This document shows positions 15,784 through 33,089 of a stretch of DNA of 64,000 nucleotides, piece by piece; the first letter of the stretch is position 1, and each line of letters opens with the position of its first letter. The notes beneath the pieces are model-generated. The model was given only the letters and a program-made list of their open reading frames with translations, had not been told where the DNA came from and searched no databases. Origin of the DNA: the human T2T-CHM13v2.0 reference genome, Homo sapiens; NCBI RefSeq assembly GCF_009914755.1, contig NC_060946.1; one strand, written 5' to 3'. The position numbers were made by a program, and so were the translations under genes.

Positions 15784-15984
15784 CTTTTTATACAAACAAA
15801 GTAATGAGAAAGATGGATAAGGATTTTTGCAGAAAAGTTGTCACATTATAGAAAAAAATTATAAAAATGTTAAATGCTCACTAATAGCAGAATGATTAAA
15901 TTATGGCACAACCATGTTATGAGATATGAAACATTTATTTAAAATAATATTTTTAAAACATTTAATGACATTTTAAAAATGCTC

Positions 15985-16426
15985 AATCAGTTAAGATAGT
16001 GCTAGCTGCTATAACAAGCACCAAGATTTCACTTAACACACAAAGAAAGTTTGGTTCTCCTTCATGAAGCAGTTCAAGGTGGTGCCAGATTAACAGGGAA
16101 GAACAGGCTGGAGATAGGGCCCGGTTCCACACACGTATTGAGACTCAAGCTGCTAGGAGCTCTGCCATATTTATTTGGTAACTTACAAAGTTACCCTTAG
16201 TGTTGGTATCCACCTAGCAGTTGGAAAGAGCATGGATGATTACAACAGGGAAGTCTTTTATGTGCCAGGTCTAGAAGCAGCAAAAATCACTTCCACTTAC
16301 ATTCTATTGTACAGAACTGAGTCACAGGCCACAAGTACCTGCAAAGTGGGGTGGGAAACAGTCTACTCATGACTCCAGAAAAAAAGAGAAAACAGGTTTG
16401 GTAAACCAATAGTTCAGTCCCTGTCA
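15985..16426. mobile_element. MaLR MLT1-type solo LTR
   Basis: tcagttaagatagtgctagctgctataaca start; cacttccacttacattctattg...gagtcacaggccaca internal motif. Confidence 0.7.
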
Positions 16427-16797
16427 GTGTCACAACATAATGTTAAACAAAAAGAGTAGTTTAATACAACTGTATGTGCAATGCAATCCAAATCTTTCTT
16501 TAAAAGCATATTTCTAGAAGTAATATCTTGTAACCCAGTATTTCTATTTCTAAATACACTCTCTAGAGAAATACAGAGGAACATGTACAAAGATATTTAA
16601 AAATCTAAGAAATGGCCTAAATGACCATAAAGGGAACTGACTGACTAAAATATTGAAAACTCATATTCTGGAATACTATGCACAGAAGAAATAAGGTAGA
16701 ACTACATAAACTGAATTGGAAATATCCCTAAGGTATACTGGTAAATGCAAAAAGCAAGAAGCAAAACAATACTTAAAGTATAATGCCACTTACATTA

Positions 16798-16801
<4 letters not shown>

Positions 16802-16831
<30 letters not shown>

Positions 16832-16995
16832 AACTATTCCAGGAGTTCAAGGTTTCACTGACCATGATTGTGCCACTGTACTCCAGCCTGTGCAACAGAG
16901 CAAGACTCTGTCTCTTCAAAAAAAGAAATACCTATACATATATATATATATATATATATACACACAAACACTAAATTATTTGTGTGCATGTGCAC

Positions 16996-17032
<37 letters not shown>

Positions 17033-17033
17033 G
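16802..17033. repeat. (TA)n, Alu right-arm fragment (16839-16925), (TA)n(CA)n and (TGTGTA)n cluster
   Basis: Directly visible microsatellites flanking ccaggagttcaagg...gcaagactctgtctc. Confidence 0.9.
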
Positions 17034-17062
17034 TTCATAAAACAAGCTCTGGAGGAGGGTTT

Positions 17063-17185
17063 GTGACAGTGACACTATTAACATTTTGGGCCAGACAGTT
17101 ATCTGTAGCAGGAGATGTGTGGAGAGTTCTGTGCCTTATAGGATGTTTAGCAGCATCCCTGACCTCTACCCACTAGATGCCACTA
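17063..17185 (+). mobile_element. MER20 fragment
   Basis: ggatgtttagcagcatccctgacctctacccactagatgcca. Confidence 0.8.
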
Positions 17186-17505
17186 ACAAGTCTTACTGTC
17201 TTCAGAAGAATATACACTAAATGAACAAAAGTGTTACTCTGGAGGAAAAATGGGAGAGGGGCAAAGGGTACATTCATTTTATCTGTAAAGTTTTGAAAAC
17301 TTACCAGGAGAATCTATCCATGTATTTGCTATATAATTTTTACTTTTTAAAATGTCATAAGTAAAATACATAAAAACATTAACAATAATTATCTTTGAGC
17401 CATGAAACTATAGGTGACATTTGTTGTTCTCTATATATTTTCTATAAATATGTATTGTTTAAGAAAATTAAAAAGAAATAAAACTTTATTTTTATAAAAT
17501 AAAAG

Positions 17506-17664
17506 AGAGACAGAGTCTCGCTATATTGCCCAGGCTGGAATACAGTGGCTATTCACAGGCGTGATCATAGCGTACTACAGACTTGAATTCCTGGGCTTAA
17601 GAAATCCTCCTTGCCTCAGCCTCCTAAGTAGCTGGGACTACAGATGCATGCCACCATGCCTGGC
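17506..17664 (-). mobile_element. FAM (fossil Alu monomer)
   Basis: Monomer that keeps the 7SL-derived gtggctattcacaggcgtgatc segment missing from dimeric Alus. Confidence 0.85.
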
Positions 17665-18399
17665 AGTAAACTTTTATCATTGAAGGAAAGGACAAAGATT
17701 TAAAAAATACAAATTCTCAACAGTGCTTACAAATGGGAAATAAAATGACATGTCATTTTTGTTTGCCTTTTGATTTTTGCTTTACAAATTTCCTACAACA
17801 GCATGTATTAATTACAATTCAAACAGTTTTATTTTCTTTGAAAAAATCCTAGTCTTAATACATCTGAATTAAAAAGAATGGCCCCAAAAGAATAAATTAG
17901 GACCAAATGGAGTGAGAGATAGTGTTGGTACCTGGCTCCCCTCCATAAGACAGCTGGAAATCCTAGCTACAGAGATCAACCACCATAGTTGGGAAAGAAA
18001 AGTTTAGAACTGGGGTTTAGAATCGGAGGGCTAGATAGATAGCTCCACTGAGAACATAAGAGCCATAGGAGAATGTTCATTACATGTGTAACAAACAGGT
18101 GGAATACAGTCTTGAACACCTTCTCCAACTAGCAATTAAGGAGCAGAATGGACAGAATGTCAAGTTGGGACACTAGAAATGGCCTAGGAGCACTGCTAGG
18201 TAGGAGCAGGATTATAAACCTCTGCTGAGACAAGCCCCTGATAATAGGTTCTCAAAGACTTGCTATACTTGGATTTATAAGCAGAAAGCTATATTGTGTG
18301 CTACTATCTAAATAAGTAATATTTTTGTTTTTATATTTAAAAAGCACACTTACATTTCTTGGGAAATCTCTATTGTTCTTGTTTTCCCATTTATAAAGG

Positions 18400-18590
18400 A
18401 AAAATAGTATTCATTCAGTCCTCACTACGTGCCAGGCAGTTTATGTCCATTGGCTCACTTGTAACTCACAACACATTAGAGTTGGATAGTGTTATCTCAC
18501 TTCAGAGGTTGGAAAACTGAGGGTCAATCAGGTCATTAACCAAGAACACACATTGAGAAAAGTATAGGAGAAGGACTTGATCAATCTTAA
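18400..18590 (-). mobile_element. MIR SINE
   Basis: tcactacgtgccaggc...gaaaactgagg. Confidence 0.65.
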
Positions 18591-18592
18591 AA

Positions 18593-19340
18593 TTCATTCA
18601 TTCATTCATTCATTCATTCACTCAACCAAACCAACATGTATTGAGCATCTATGATCTGCCAGTTAGGCTGCAGATATAAGTGACCATGATGCACTCTGTT
18701 TTCATTAAATGTGCAGGGCGAGAGTAGAGCACAGACTTCAAACACGAAATTATAATACAAGTTTGATGAAGACTGGAGAAGGGCAGCTGAGGTCAAAACA
18801 CAGCAAGAAGACTTAACCTTCTTAGGGTGTCAAGGAAGGCTTATCAGAGAAACTGAGATTTAAAATGAAACCTGAAGAATCAGTAAGAATTAGAAAGGAT
18901 ACTTAGAGCAAGGTGAAGGGGAAGAAGGACAAGAAGCAAGAGATAAGAGAGCATATGGAACTTTCAAGTTACTAAGGAAATTCAGTATAGGTGAGGCATG
19001 AAATGCAACTTCAGTTGCAGTAACAGTGGTGAGAAAGAAAATGAGAGAGGATGGCAGCAACAGCCAGGGGAGTTCTCAAAAGGGAATATAAAAGACTGAA
19101 ATAAGCAAGGAAAAAAGAGTGTGGTCTAATTTGGGTTTGTGAAAGATCTGATTACAGAAAGCAAAAAAAAAAAAAAAAAAGAGGGGAGCCAGTGTGAACA
19201 CAAAGAGAGATCAGTTAAGAGGCCATTTATGAGGACTAGGTGAAAGAGAGGAATACAGCCTGAACAGGGGTGATGGCCCTGGGAATACAGAGCTGTGAAT
19301 AGACATGAGGAATATTTAGGACATAGAATTGAATGAAATT
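18593..19340 (-). mobile_element. L2 fragment with (ATTC)n tail
   Basis: (attc)n followed by atgtattgagcatctat and a purine-rich L2 body. Confidence 0.75.
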
Positions 19341-19379
19341 AATATTTGTACAGAGCTTCAGAAGCCAAATGAAATAGCC

Positions 19380-19600
19380 TACTATGAGTACCCATCATAT
19401 GCTTCACTCTTTACAGGTCATCTTTAACTGCCACAACAATCTTAGGAAGTAGTCTTATCCTCATTTCACAGAAGCAGCAGAGGCTCAGAGAGGTTTAGTA
19501 ACTTGTTCTCAGTCTCAGGGTATCAAGTGGCAAGGCTGAGATTCAAATCTCAGTCAGTCTAACTTCAGAGCCCAGGTTCTTTTCAAAATATCGTACTGCG
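19380..19600 (-). mobile_element. MIR SINE
   Basis: cctcatttcacaga...gaggctcagagaggtttagtaacttg...gagattcaaatc. Confidence 0.8.
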
Positions 19601-19665
19601 TTTGAGTAGATTCAGAAACTTCAAAATCATGCTTTTATTCAAGAGCTTAAAAACAACAGAAACAA

Positions 19666-19962
<297 letters not shown>

Positions 19963-20559
19963 GAGAAACAAGAATAGGTAGAATTTTCTTTGAATCATCA
20001 TTCTGTATCTTAGATTTATAAAGCTATAAAGATGTCAAACTAGCAGGGACCTTGGTCATCAGAAAACCACAGAATTTTACAGCTGGCCTAGAGAGACCTT
20101 AGAGGTGCACGCACTGTCTAGCTCTTCCCTTCTTCCAATGCAAATGCCACCAAAGCTTTCTATCTGGTAATTTAGGCCTGGTTTTGTTTTTCATCTTTTG
20201 AATGTTTCAAACAGAGAAAGTATAAAAAATAACATAAAATACCCATAACCCAGCTTTAACAAATTTTAACATTCTTCCACATTTGTCTCAAATTTTCTCT
20301 TCTTTTTTTTAAAGAAAAATAAACACTACGGATACAGTTTATTCCTTCCTTCCCTTTACAGAGTGACCAGAATGCTAAATTGGATGTTTACCACTTTTAT
20401 GAACATTTGACACGATTATTGTATAGTATGAATACATAAAAATGGATAGTTTTGTTTTCCAATTTTATATAAATAATAACATACTGTATACATCCTTCCG
20501 TAGATATGGTTTTCTATGCTTATTTGCGCATATTAAATTTTTTTAGTGGAAAAAAAACA

Positions 20560-20770
20560 TGGTAAAGTGAGGCAAACATGGACTTTAGAGTCAGTCAGAA
20601 ATTGTGGCTTTTTCATGTAGGCCCTCAAGCAAGTCACTGAATCTTCTGGAGCTTGTTTCTTGATTTGTAAAATAGGGGTAAGGACCTACCACCTTGCAAG
20701 GCTATTGAGAAGTAGAAGATAGTACCTATCTTCAGGCCTGCCACAAATATTCAATAAATGTTAACTATTA
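20560..20770 (+). mobile_element. MIR SINE
   Basis: ggactttagagtcag...gcaagtcactgaatcttc...tgtaaaatagggg. Confidence 0.75.
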
Positions 20771-21389
20771 TTTGTCACATAAAATAGTACACACTCAAAA
20801 AATGGTAGCTATTTTTATTGTAACCTGTAAATGTTCTTCATATCTGTTCAGGAAATTAAGTCTTACAATGGCCCTAAGGTCCCCAGTGCCTGACTGTGCT
20901 CATATAAAAGGAAGTGTGATAATTTCCAGGTCAAGTCTTTGTGAATTTTTATGAACTCCCCTATCCAGCTGGGCTTGGCTTTTTTATTTTCATAGCAGAA
21001 TTAAACTACCAATTCTTAGATTTCTACTGAATGCCATTCTATATCCCTGTGATCAGGAGTCTAACGTGCAGAAGATTTTTTAAAGCTTAACTGTATTCTC
21101 CACCCCCAACCACTCCCACCCACCTGCCTCTGTGGATTAACACCATCTCAGTACAATTTTGTTATCCATAAATTTATTAAGTGTTCATCTTAATTTTCAA
21201 TAAAAATGCTAAACTCAGGCTCAGGAATGACACCAGCAGAAGCACCACTGTTTATGTTATCTCTGCCTCACTCATCACAAGGAGACTGATGTTGTGCCTT
21301 CCAAAGGTCATTTGATTATGTTATTGTTATGTTAAAAACGAAAACACAAAAAAGCAAAAGAAAATATGTTTATTCATTGCCTTATTGTT

Positions 21390-21965
21390 AATACCTTGAT
21401 CCCACTCCTTATACCTACCTCTGCCTGTCAAAACTTCACCCATTCTTCATGATTCCTCTCAAGTGTAAACCTTTTCATAAAATCCATCCTGACTTCCCCT
21501 TCCCATAGGGGCACTCTCTCTCTTCTGAATGCCAAAGCATGTGTCTGTTGCATAGACTTCAGCAAATAGTTTATCCCTATGTATCCCGGATTAAACCGCA
21601 AGCTTCCCCAGAGAAAGACATCCCACTCTCTTCTCTTCTAGGCACTTAGAACTGAACTCAACAACTATTAGGAATTAATACACTGTGATAGGATATCAGC
21701 CAATATGCAAACCATCACTGACACAGAGAGTAGGGCAACCTGCTTATTTTAGTGGTCACATGGATTCAATATCTCTGTCTAAACGGTAATAGTAATAGCT
21801 ATCTTTATCAGGAGACTGTCCTGCCTGGTCCTTTACATGCAGTAGTTCTATTCTCATATTAATCCTGCAAGAAAAGTGAAACTGTCCACATTTTCCATAT
21901 TGCACTGGAACTGTAATTCAAATCCAGCTCCATCTAACTCTGAGGCCTATGCTCTTTCCACACCA
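21390..21965. mobile_element. L2 (+, ~21390-21660) and MIR (-, ~21790-21965) fragments
   Basis: Degenerate L2 and MIR motifs. Confidence 0.5.
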
Positions 21966-24281
21966 TGTGTCCAATACCATAAACAGTAGCCTGACTCTCA
22001 TCACTCCGTGAAAGACTACCCTGCCACACAAGGAACATAATGATTAAGTAAATCAGGATGCCCTCACACACAGCCAAACAGTAATTCATTAAAAAAACAC
22101 TTAATCTTTGCCACAGATTCCTAAGCCTCCAGTTATACCATCCCCCAGAGAAAATCCCAATCCATTTGGGATATTAATTATGATAAAAATGTATTAAATA
22201 CTCATAAATGTTAGACACTACAGGGAACACTAGAGAAACACAGCCATGTATCTATGCTTTCATTCAAAGAAAATTAAATGTCTAAATGATGAGGACTCCT
22301 GGTAGCAGTAAATATACTTTATTACTTGCATATTCCCTGTCCTTGTCTTAAAGCTGGTTATTATTTATCTAGTCTCTTGATTTTTGGACCAAATGCCAAA
22401 ATCTCATATATGTTTCAGGTAAAATACGATCTTAGCAGAGGAGCATACAACCAACTCACTATCAGCCTTATCTCCATCATAATGGTCCTTATGAAATATT
22501 ACCTATAGTGTTTTCATGTTTCTTTATTCCCTCTTAGACTGAAACAGGGAATAAAAATAGCCTAAACCTTTTAGATGAATACAGTGAAGATAAAGAGATG
22601 CTCTTTTGTTTTAACGCAACACACACACACACAGAGACCGGGGGGAGAGAGGGAGAGAGAAATGACTCCATTCAACCTCATTTACTTCTCCATAGTAAAG
22701 TTAGACATTTTTTCCTTATAAATATCCTCAAATTTCTATGGCCTATTTTTCCCAGAGCCTCTGTTAAAGGTGGTGCAGCACAGTCATTAATACACATGAC
22801 CAAACCAAAAAAGATCATGGGCACCTGAAGCCCAGACTACAATTTACACCTGATGATAATTCTGCCAACTGCCCATACTCCAGGGTCAAGTTGATATGAA
22901 ATTTTAATAAAATGACACTTTCATCTAGTAGTTTCCAAAGGACTGAGTGAAATGAGATTAACATAGAAAAATGTCAGACTGGTGAATGATTGACCTATTT
23001 GGCTAGTATGAATTAAATGAGAATTTTCAATGATGATGTCAAATGAACAACAGAATTAAACATTTGATGGGATAAATATATATAAATTAAATTTCTGAAA
23101 GCAGGGCCAACTCTGAAATGAAGGTATGATTTCTCAGATAGGGGAAGGAGCCCACATAAACACAAACCTTTTCCTTTCCCCGTCCATGAATTCCTTTTAT
23201 GAGCCACATTTATTTCACCATTAGAGATCAGACTTAAAATAGAAATAATACCCTGGAAGAAGTAGCACATTGATTTTCATGAAATAACATTGATTTCCAC
23301 CACCCCTCCACAACTGATTCACACTAAGGTTTAAGTATCTGATGAACAGAAAAGGCTTATTACAGGCCCCGGCTGCACAAAACCCTATGTAGCCATGGGG
23401 TGTCAAAAAAAAAAAAAAGGAGACATTATTGAAAATTGGGAAAGGCAGAGGTTAGAGTCCTAGCAGCTAAAGCAAAACATTAAAATTCTGCCCAAGTCCC
23501 CAGGAAGCCAGCTTGCAAAGTCTACTCCCATGATTATTCTAATTATGCATTGGGTCAGCTGTGAGATACTCTGCAGTAATTGCTAATTAAAATACAACAG
23601 CCAATGATCACAGACTGGTAAGTGATGATAAATGTATGCATTTAAAGGAAGAAGGGAGAAACTTAAGAAGGTTGTGGTTAACAAATGCTCTGGCCCCCTC
23701 AAATTTCTTCTTATAAAATATTCATTCACTATGGGCTCTGACACAAGTTATGGTCCTACACACCTCCCGATCTTCTGTTTAATTCTGTGGAGAAATGACG
23801 AAATATGTCCACTTTCTAATCATCTTTCAACTATAATAACATTAGATGCTAATTACAGTATTTGTGCTAGCCCAAGAAGCAGTTAAGTGTCCAGAGCCAG
23901 TTCAAGAGAACCTAGTTTATCACGTTGCTCAGACATTAGGCTATAAAGGAAAGGTTAGCCTACTTTGCTGATATACAAATCTGGTTAATATGTCCCTTGT
24001 AGTAGATGAGCTCTGATTAGTATTTTATCTGTTAAATCATTTAAGAACTAGGAGCTACACTTTGCCTTGACTAGTACTAGGGTTTCATGAACAAAAGAAA
24101 TGGGTCCTCTCATTAGGGGTTTGAAAAGTCACTGAATTTTGGCTATGGGAGGCCAGGAAAAGAAAACATGTATTTCTACTCTAGGAGCCACACTACATTC
24201 TAGCTGCCATCCTCATTAGTACTTTACTCAGCACTATGGAAAGAAAGCCATTCAAAAGTAATTTAAGTGCAACTGACTCAC

Positions 24282-24417
24282 GTTGTTACAGATAATGGGG
24301 AGAAGTCCGTACCTACTCCGGACGGAATCGGGTGGGGGTAGGAGGTGGCAAAGACAGTAAAACTCGAAGGACAAGAGAGACTAGTCAGGACAAGTAATTC
24401 ATTCCAACATTTCAACA
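24282..24417 (-). other. Candidate 136-nt cassette exon or CpG-retaining conserved element
   Basis: Acceptor ttttatattatccag|T (24418-24420) and donor AAC|GTGAGT (24281); 6 CpGs within 24281-24366 against a CpG-depleted background; one open frame. Confidence 0.4.
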
Positions 24418-24829
24418 CTGGATAATATAAAATGTTATTAGGAAGGTAAATTTGGGATAATCCCTCAAATGTAAATGACATTTAGATTGTCCCAGCTGAG
24501 GATTATCTATCACCAAGGTTATCTACAAATTGAATATAGTACCCTTAAGGGGAAAATACTGAGTGCAAATAACTGACAAGCCACTAAGCCCTTCAAAAAG
24601 AATGCCACTTGATTTCAAGGGGGCTAAGCAGATGAAAAAAAAAAAAAAAGCACAAAAAAAAAACAGGCCTTCAATAAATAGTTCTTTATAGCTGTGATAT
24701 CATTCTGGGTTAATTTATCCTAAAAATCACTACAAGCATTCCACTAGAGGAACATAAAAAGATTTGAAAAACACTGACCCAAAAACACTATGCTTGGCTA
24801 CATGGCAGAATAAAAAGGGCAAGGGGCCA

Positions 24830-25015
24830 CCTTTGGAATTAGAAAGATGTAGAAATGAATCATGGCTCTACTATTTAATATGAATGACCTCAGACAAGTT
24901 ACTAATCCTTCCGGGCCTCAGTTTATTTGGGCTATAAAATGAGGCCAACAATATCTGACTCTTACAGTTTCTTAACTATGTAAACCCATAATGGAGTACC
25001 CAGAACATAGTAAGC
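24830..25015 (+). mobile_element. MIR SINE
   Basis: tgacctcagacaagttactaatccttccgggcctcagttt...taaaatgagg. Confidence 0.75.
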
Positions 25016-27590
25016 GTACAGAAGAAAAAGATTTTTCTAAACTCAGTATTAGAACCATCAAAATCAGCATCAAAGGATGGGCTTTAGAGACACTGGAGAG
25101 CTAACGCAGAGACATGATCCAGGGACACGTGGGAATGGTCTCTATTTTCTCTCCTTCAGGGAGGATTTGGCCTTGCTCACACTGATCCTGGTAGAGGATC
25201 CAGGAGAGCCCCATGTTTATAAACATGTACTTAAATGAATCACATAGACTGTAAATGTTAAGCTCTTCAGAAACGGTGATAAAAAATCCTAAAAAGGGTG
25301 TGGAGTATGAGGTACTCAATATGGCAGAACTTGACTCGCATGAGGTTTGTCTCAAGAAGCTGTGCACCCTGTGGGCAAGGGGCAAGAAAAACTATATGCT
25401 GCATCTATGACTACTCTGTGCAGCTACCTCATTTCTACAAGTCCTATACCTATGATCACTAAACCCAGAACCTATAGTAGGTATATGCTTTTAAGTATGC
25501 GTGTAATCTCTTCCCACCATTTTGTAACCTGCCCAAAATGCTGCAAGGTGCTTGAATACTTGCTGAATGAATAAAGGACACATAGGTTTCCCCAGGAAGC
25601 ACACACTAAATACACAAACCCTAATTTCGTAATGACTAAAGGCAAAGTAATTTAGTATTAGTCAAGCCTAATGGTGCCTTGCTGTGGTTCAGACCTCATT
25701 ATCACACTTCACCAGCCCTGGTAAAACTCTACACTGCATTAGTCTCTTCATCCATATAGTATGCAACTAAAAGAACATAAATGGCAGAGACTCCTAGAAT
25801 AGCTGTAAACTTACAGGGTGGGTTGGTGAAAACAGCACCACTCCAGAAGAATCAAGAGAACCAGGTTCAAGCCCCAGCTCTAAGTCTCAACAGTTTCTAA
25901 CCTTTTCCTGACGTGAGCCAGAAAACAAGGAAGTTCAAAGATCTGGGAATCTAGGAATAAAAATGGCCTAACATTCACATATGACCATATCTACCCTATG
26001 GCTTACCAGTCATAGCAATAGTCCTCACTCATACAATGATAACTTGCCTTTTGCTCTATATAAATTACTATGCTATGAATTCAAGCTATCACAATCAATC
26101 CATGGCCTTCCAAAATATAGTATTTTAACTATATATATATGTGCATATATTTTTTCCAAACCTTCAAAGATGAAGAAAAGTTGTGGTCAACACCTGGAAC
26201 TGACTCCGAGAAATGATAGATCTGAAACCAATTTCGGCCTCTGGGAAGAAGTCTGTCAGAAAATTCTGTGCTCAGATTTTAGGGTGAAGTTGCTTATTCT
26301 CTACATATTAGAGGGTCAATCTCCAATCATTCAGAAGAGCAACTGCTCATTGGAATCATCTGGGATCTGCCAGAGACAATTACTTGAAAACCACTGACTA
26401 AAAACAGGTCAGCTGAATTAAAAGGTTTTTCATACAGCCCTGCAAACAGCCTTAGCATACATCAAAAGGCCATTGTTCTCATACTTTCAAATTTTCATAC
26501 TCTATAGATCACCTACCACTAAACTAGCTCAGAGACATTAGAAAACTGGTTGTACTTCTCTGCACTTCAGTCTCCTTAGCTATAAGAGAGAAGACTGGGA
26601 TGGCCGAATAGGAACAGCTCCAGTCTACAGCTACCAGCATGAGCGACACAGAAGATGGGTGATTTCCGCATTTCCAACTGAGGTTGTTGGACTGAGGCTT
26701 GCTGGAGAGTGGGTGCAACCCACAGAGTGTGAGCCAAAGCAGGGCGGGGCATCGCCTCACCCAGGAAGCGCAAGGGGTCAGGGAATTCCCTTTCCTAGCC
26801 AAGGGAAGCCGTGACAGACCGTACCTGGAAAATCGGGACATTCCCACCCTAATACTGCGCTTTTCCAACAGTCTTAGCAAATGGCACACAAGGAGATGAT
26901 ATACTGCGCCTGGATCAGAGGGTCCCACGCCCACTGAGCCTCACTCACTGCTAGCACAGCAGTCTGAGATTGAACTGCAAGGCAGCAGCGAGGCTGGGGG
27001 AGGGGCGTCTGCCATTGCTGAGTCTTGAGTAGGTAAACAAAGCTGCCCAGAAGCTCGAACTGGGTGGAGCCCACCACAGCTCAAGGAGGCCTGCCTGCCT
27101 CTGCAGACTCCACCTCTGGGGAGCAGGGCATAGCTGAACAAAAGGCAGCAGAAACTTCTGCAGACTTAAACTTCCCTGTCTGACACTTTGAAGAGAGTAG
27201 TGGTTCTCTCAGCACGGAGTTTGAGATCTGAAAACACACAGACTGCCTCCTCAAGTGGGTTCCTAACCCCTGAGTAGTCTAACTGAGAGACACCTCCCAG
27301 TAGGGGCCGACTGACACCTCATACAGACAGGTGCCCCTCTGAGACGAAGCTTCCAGAGGAAGGATCAGGCAGCAACATTTGCTGTACTGCAATATTTGCT
27401 GTTCGGCAGCCTCCAATGGAGATACCCTGGCAAACAGGGTCTGCAGTGAACCTCCAGCAAACTCCAACAGACCTGCAGGTTAGGGTCCTCAGTGTTAGAA
27501 GGCAAACTAACAAACAGAAAGGACATCCACACCAAAACCCCATCTATATGTCACCATCACCAAAGACCAAAGGTAGATAAAACCACAAAG

Positions 27591-28603
27591 ATGCGGAGAC
27601 ACCAGAGCAGAAAAGCTGAAAATTCTAAAAATCAGAGTGCCTCTTCTCCACCAAAGGAACGCAGCTTCTCGCCAGCAATGGAACACAGCTGGATGGAGAA
27701 TGACTTTGACAAATAGACAGAAGTAGGCTTCAGACGATCGGTAATAACAAACTTCTCCAAACTAAAGGAGGATGTTCGAAGAAAAGAAGCTAAAAACCTT
27801 GAGAAAAGATTGGACGAGTGGCTAACTAGAATAAACAGTGTAGAGAAGACCTTAAATGACCTGATGGAGCTGAAAACCATGGCATGAGAACTACGTGACA
27901 CATACACAAGCTTCAGCAGCCGACTCAATCAAGTGGAAGAAAGGGTATCAGTGATGGAAGAGCAAATGAATGAAATGAAGCAAGAAGAGAAGTTTAGAGG
28001 AAAAAAAGTAAAAAGCAAGGACAACAGCCTCCAAGAAATATGGGACTATGAGAAAAGACCAAATCTACGTCTGATTGGTGTACCTGAAAGTGACGGGGAG
28101 AATGGAACCAAGTTGGAAAACACTCTGTAGGATATTCTCCAGGAGAACTTCCCCAACCTAGCAAGGCAGGCCAACATTCAATTCAGGAAATACAGAGAAT
28201 GCCACAAAGATACGCCTTGACAAGAGCAACTCCAAGACAAATATTGTCAGATTTACCAAAGTTGAAACGAAGGAAAAAATGCTAAGGGCAGCCAGAGAGA
28301 AAGGTCGGGTTATCCACAAAGGAAGCCCATCAGACTAACAGCTGATCTCAGGACAGAAACTCTACAAGCCAGAAGAGAGTGAGGGCCAATATTCAACATT
28401 CTTAAAAGAATTTCCAACCCAGAATTTCATATCCAGCCAAACTAAGCTTCATAATTGAAGGAGAAATAAAATCCTTTACAGACAAGCAAATGCTGAGAGA
28501 TTTTGTCACCACCAGGCCTGCCCTAAAAGAGCTCCTGAAGGAAGCACTAAACATGGAAAGGAACAACCGGTACCAACCACTGCAAAAACATGCCAAATTG
28601 TAA
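27591..28603 (+). pseudogene. L1 ORF1p, disrupted (copy B)
   Basis: MRRHQSRKAENSKNQSASSPPKE start; premature stops and frameshifts. Confidence 0.93.
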
Positions 28604-28666
28604 AGACCATTGATGCTAGGAAGAAACTGCATCAACTAACGAGCAAAATAACCAGCTAGCATCATA

Positions 28667-32490
<3,824 letters not shown>

Positions 32491-33020
32491 ACAATGAGAA
32501 CACTTGCACACAGGGTGGGGAACATCACACACCGGGGCCTGTGGTGGGGTTGGGGGAGGGGAGAGGGATAGCATTAAGAGATATATCTAATGTAAATGAC
32601 GAGTTAATGGGTGCAGCACACCAACATGGCACATGTGTACATATGTAACAAACCTGCACGTTGTGCACATGTACCCTAGATCTTAAAGTATAATAATAAA
32701 TAAATAAATAAAGAAGACTGGATCAGATGGTCTGCATGGTGCCTTCCAGCACTGAGTTTCCATGCTCATTCACTACTGCAACCTCTGTGCTACTATCTCA
32801 CACACTATGAAAAGAAGGTAGAGGTTCCAATGATGGATCATATTAATTGGGTTTTGCTGTGAAAAATAATGCCTGCTCTGCCCTCTCTGTTCCTTGCTTC
32901 CTTATTTGGTGATAAATTTTCTTCTGTATAAAAATAACTTCATTATGGAATTCATCTCTATGGAAATAAAAGCAAGCTTATCTTGACAAATCTCTAAAAT
33001 GATTTTAAAGCATGCACACA

Positions 33021-33056
33021 TGGTGTGTGTGTGTATGTGTGTGTGTGTGTATGTGT
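33021..33056. repeat. Interrupted (TG)n microsatellite
   Basis: Directly visible. Confidence 0.9.
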
Positions 33057-33089
33057 AAGAGAGAGGATGTGTTTGTGAATGTAGGTAAG

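Larger units (their letters stand above)
14882..17490 (+). mobile_element. Fragmented old L1M(E) 3' region hosting younger insertions
   Basis: Degenerate ORF2-end and 3'UTR motifs (ggggaaggactttt, gtactctcatgtactgctggtagaaatataaact, ggaatactatgc). Confidence 0.6.

Noticed and set aside
17506-17664. 7SL RNA gene or pseudogene
   Set aside because: It lacks the central S domain, and its length and structure fit FAM.
25981-26397. 138-aa ORF and similar unique-sequence ORFs (48784-49203, 52347-52712)
   Set aside because: No recognisable domain, non-coding-like composition and no convincing splice context.
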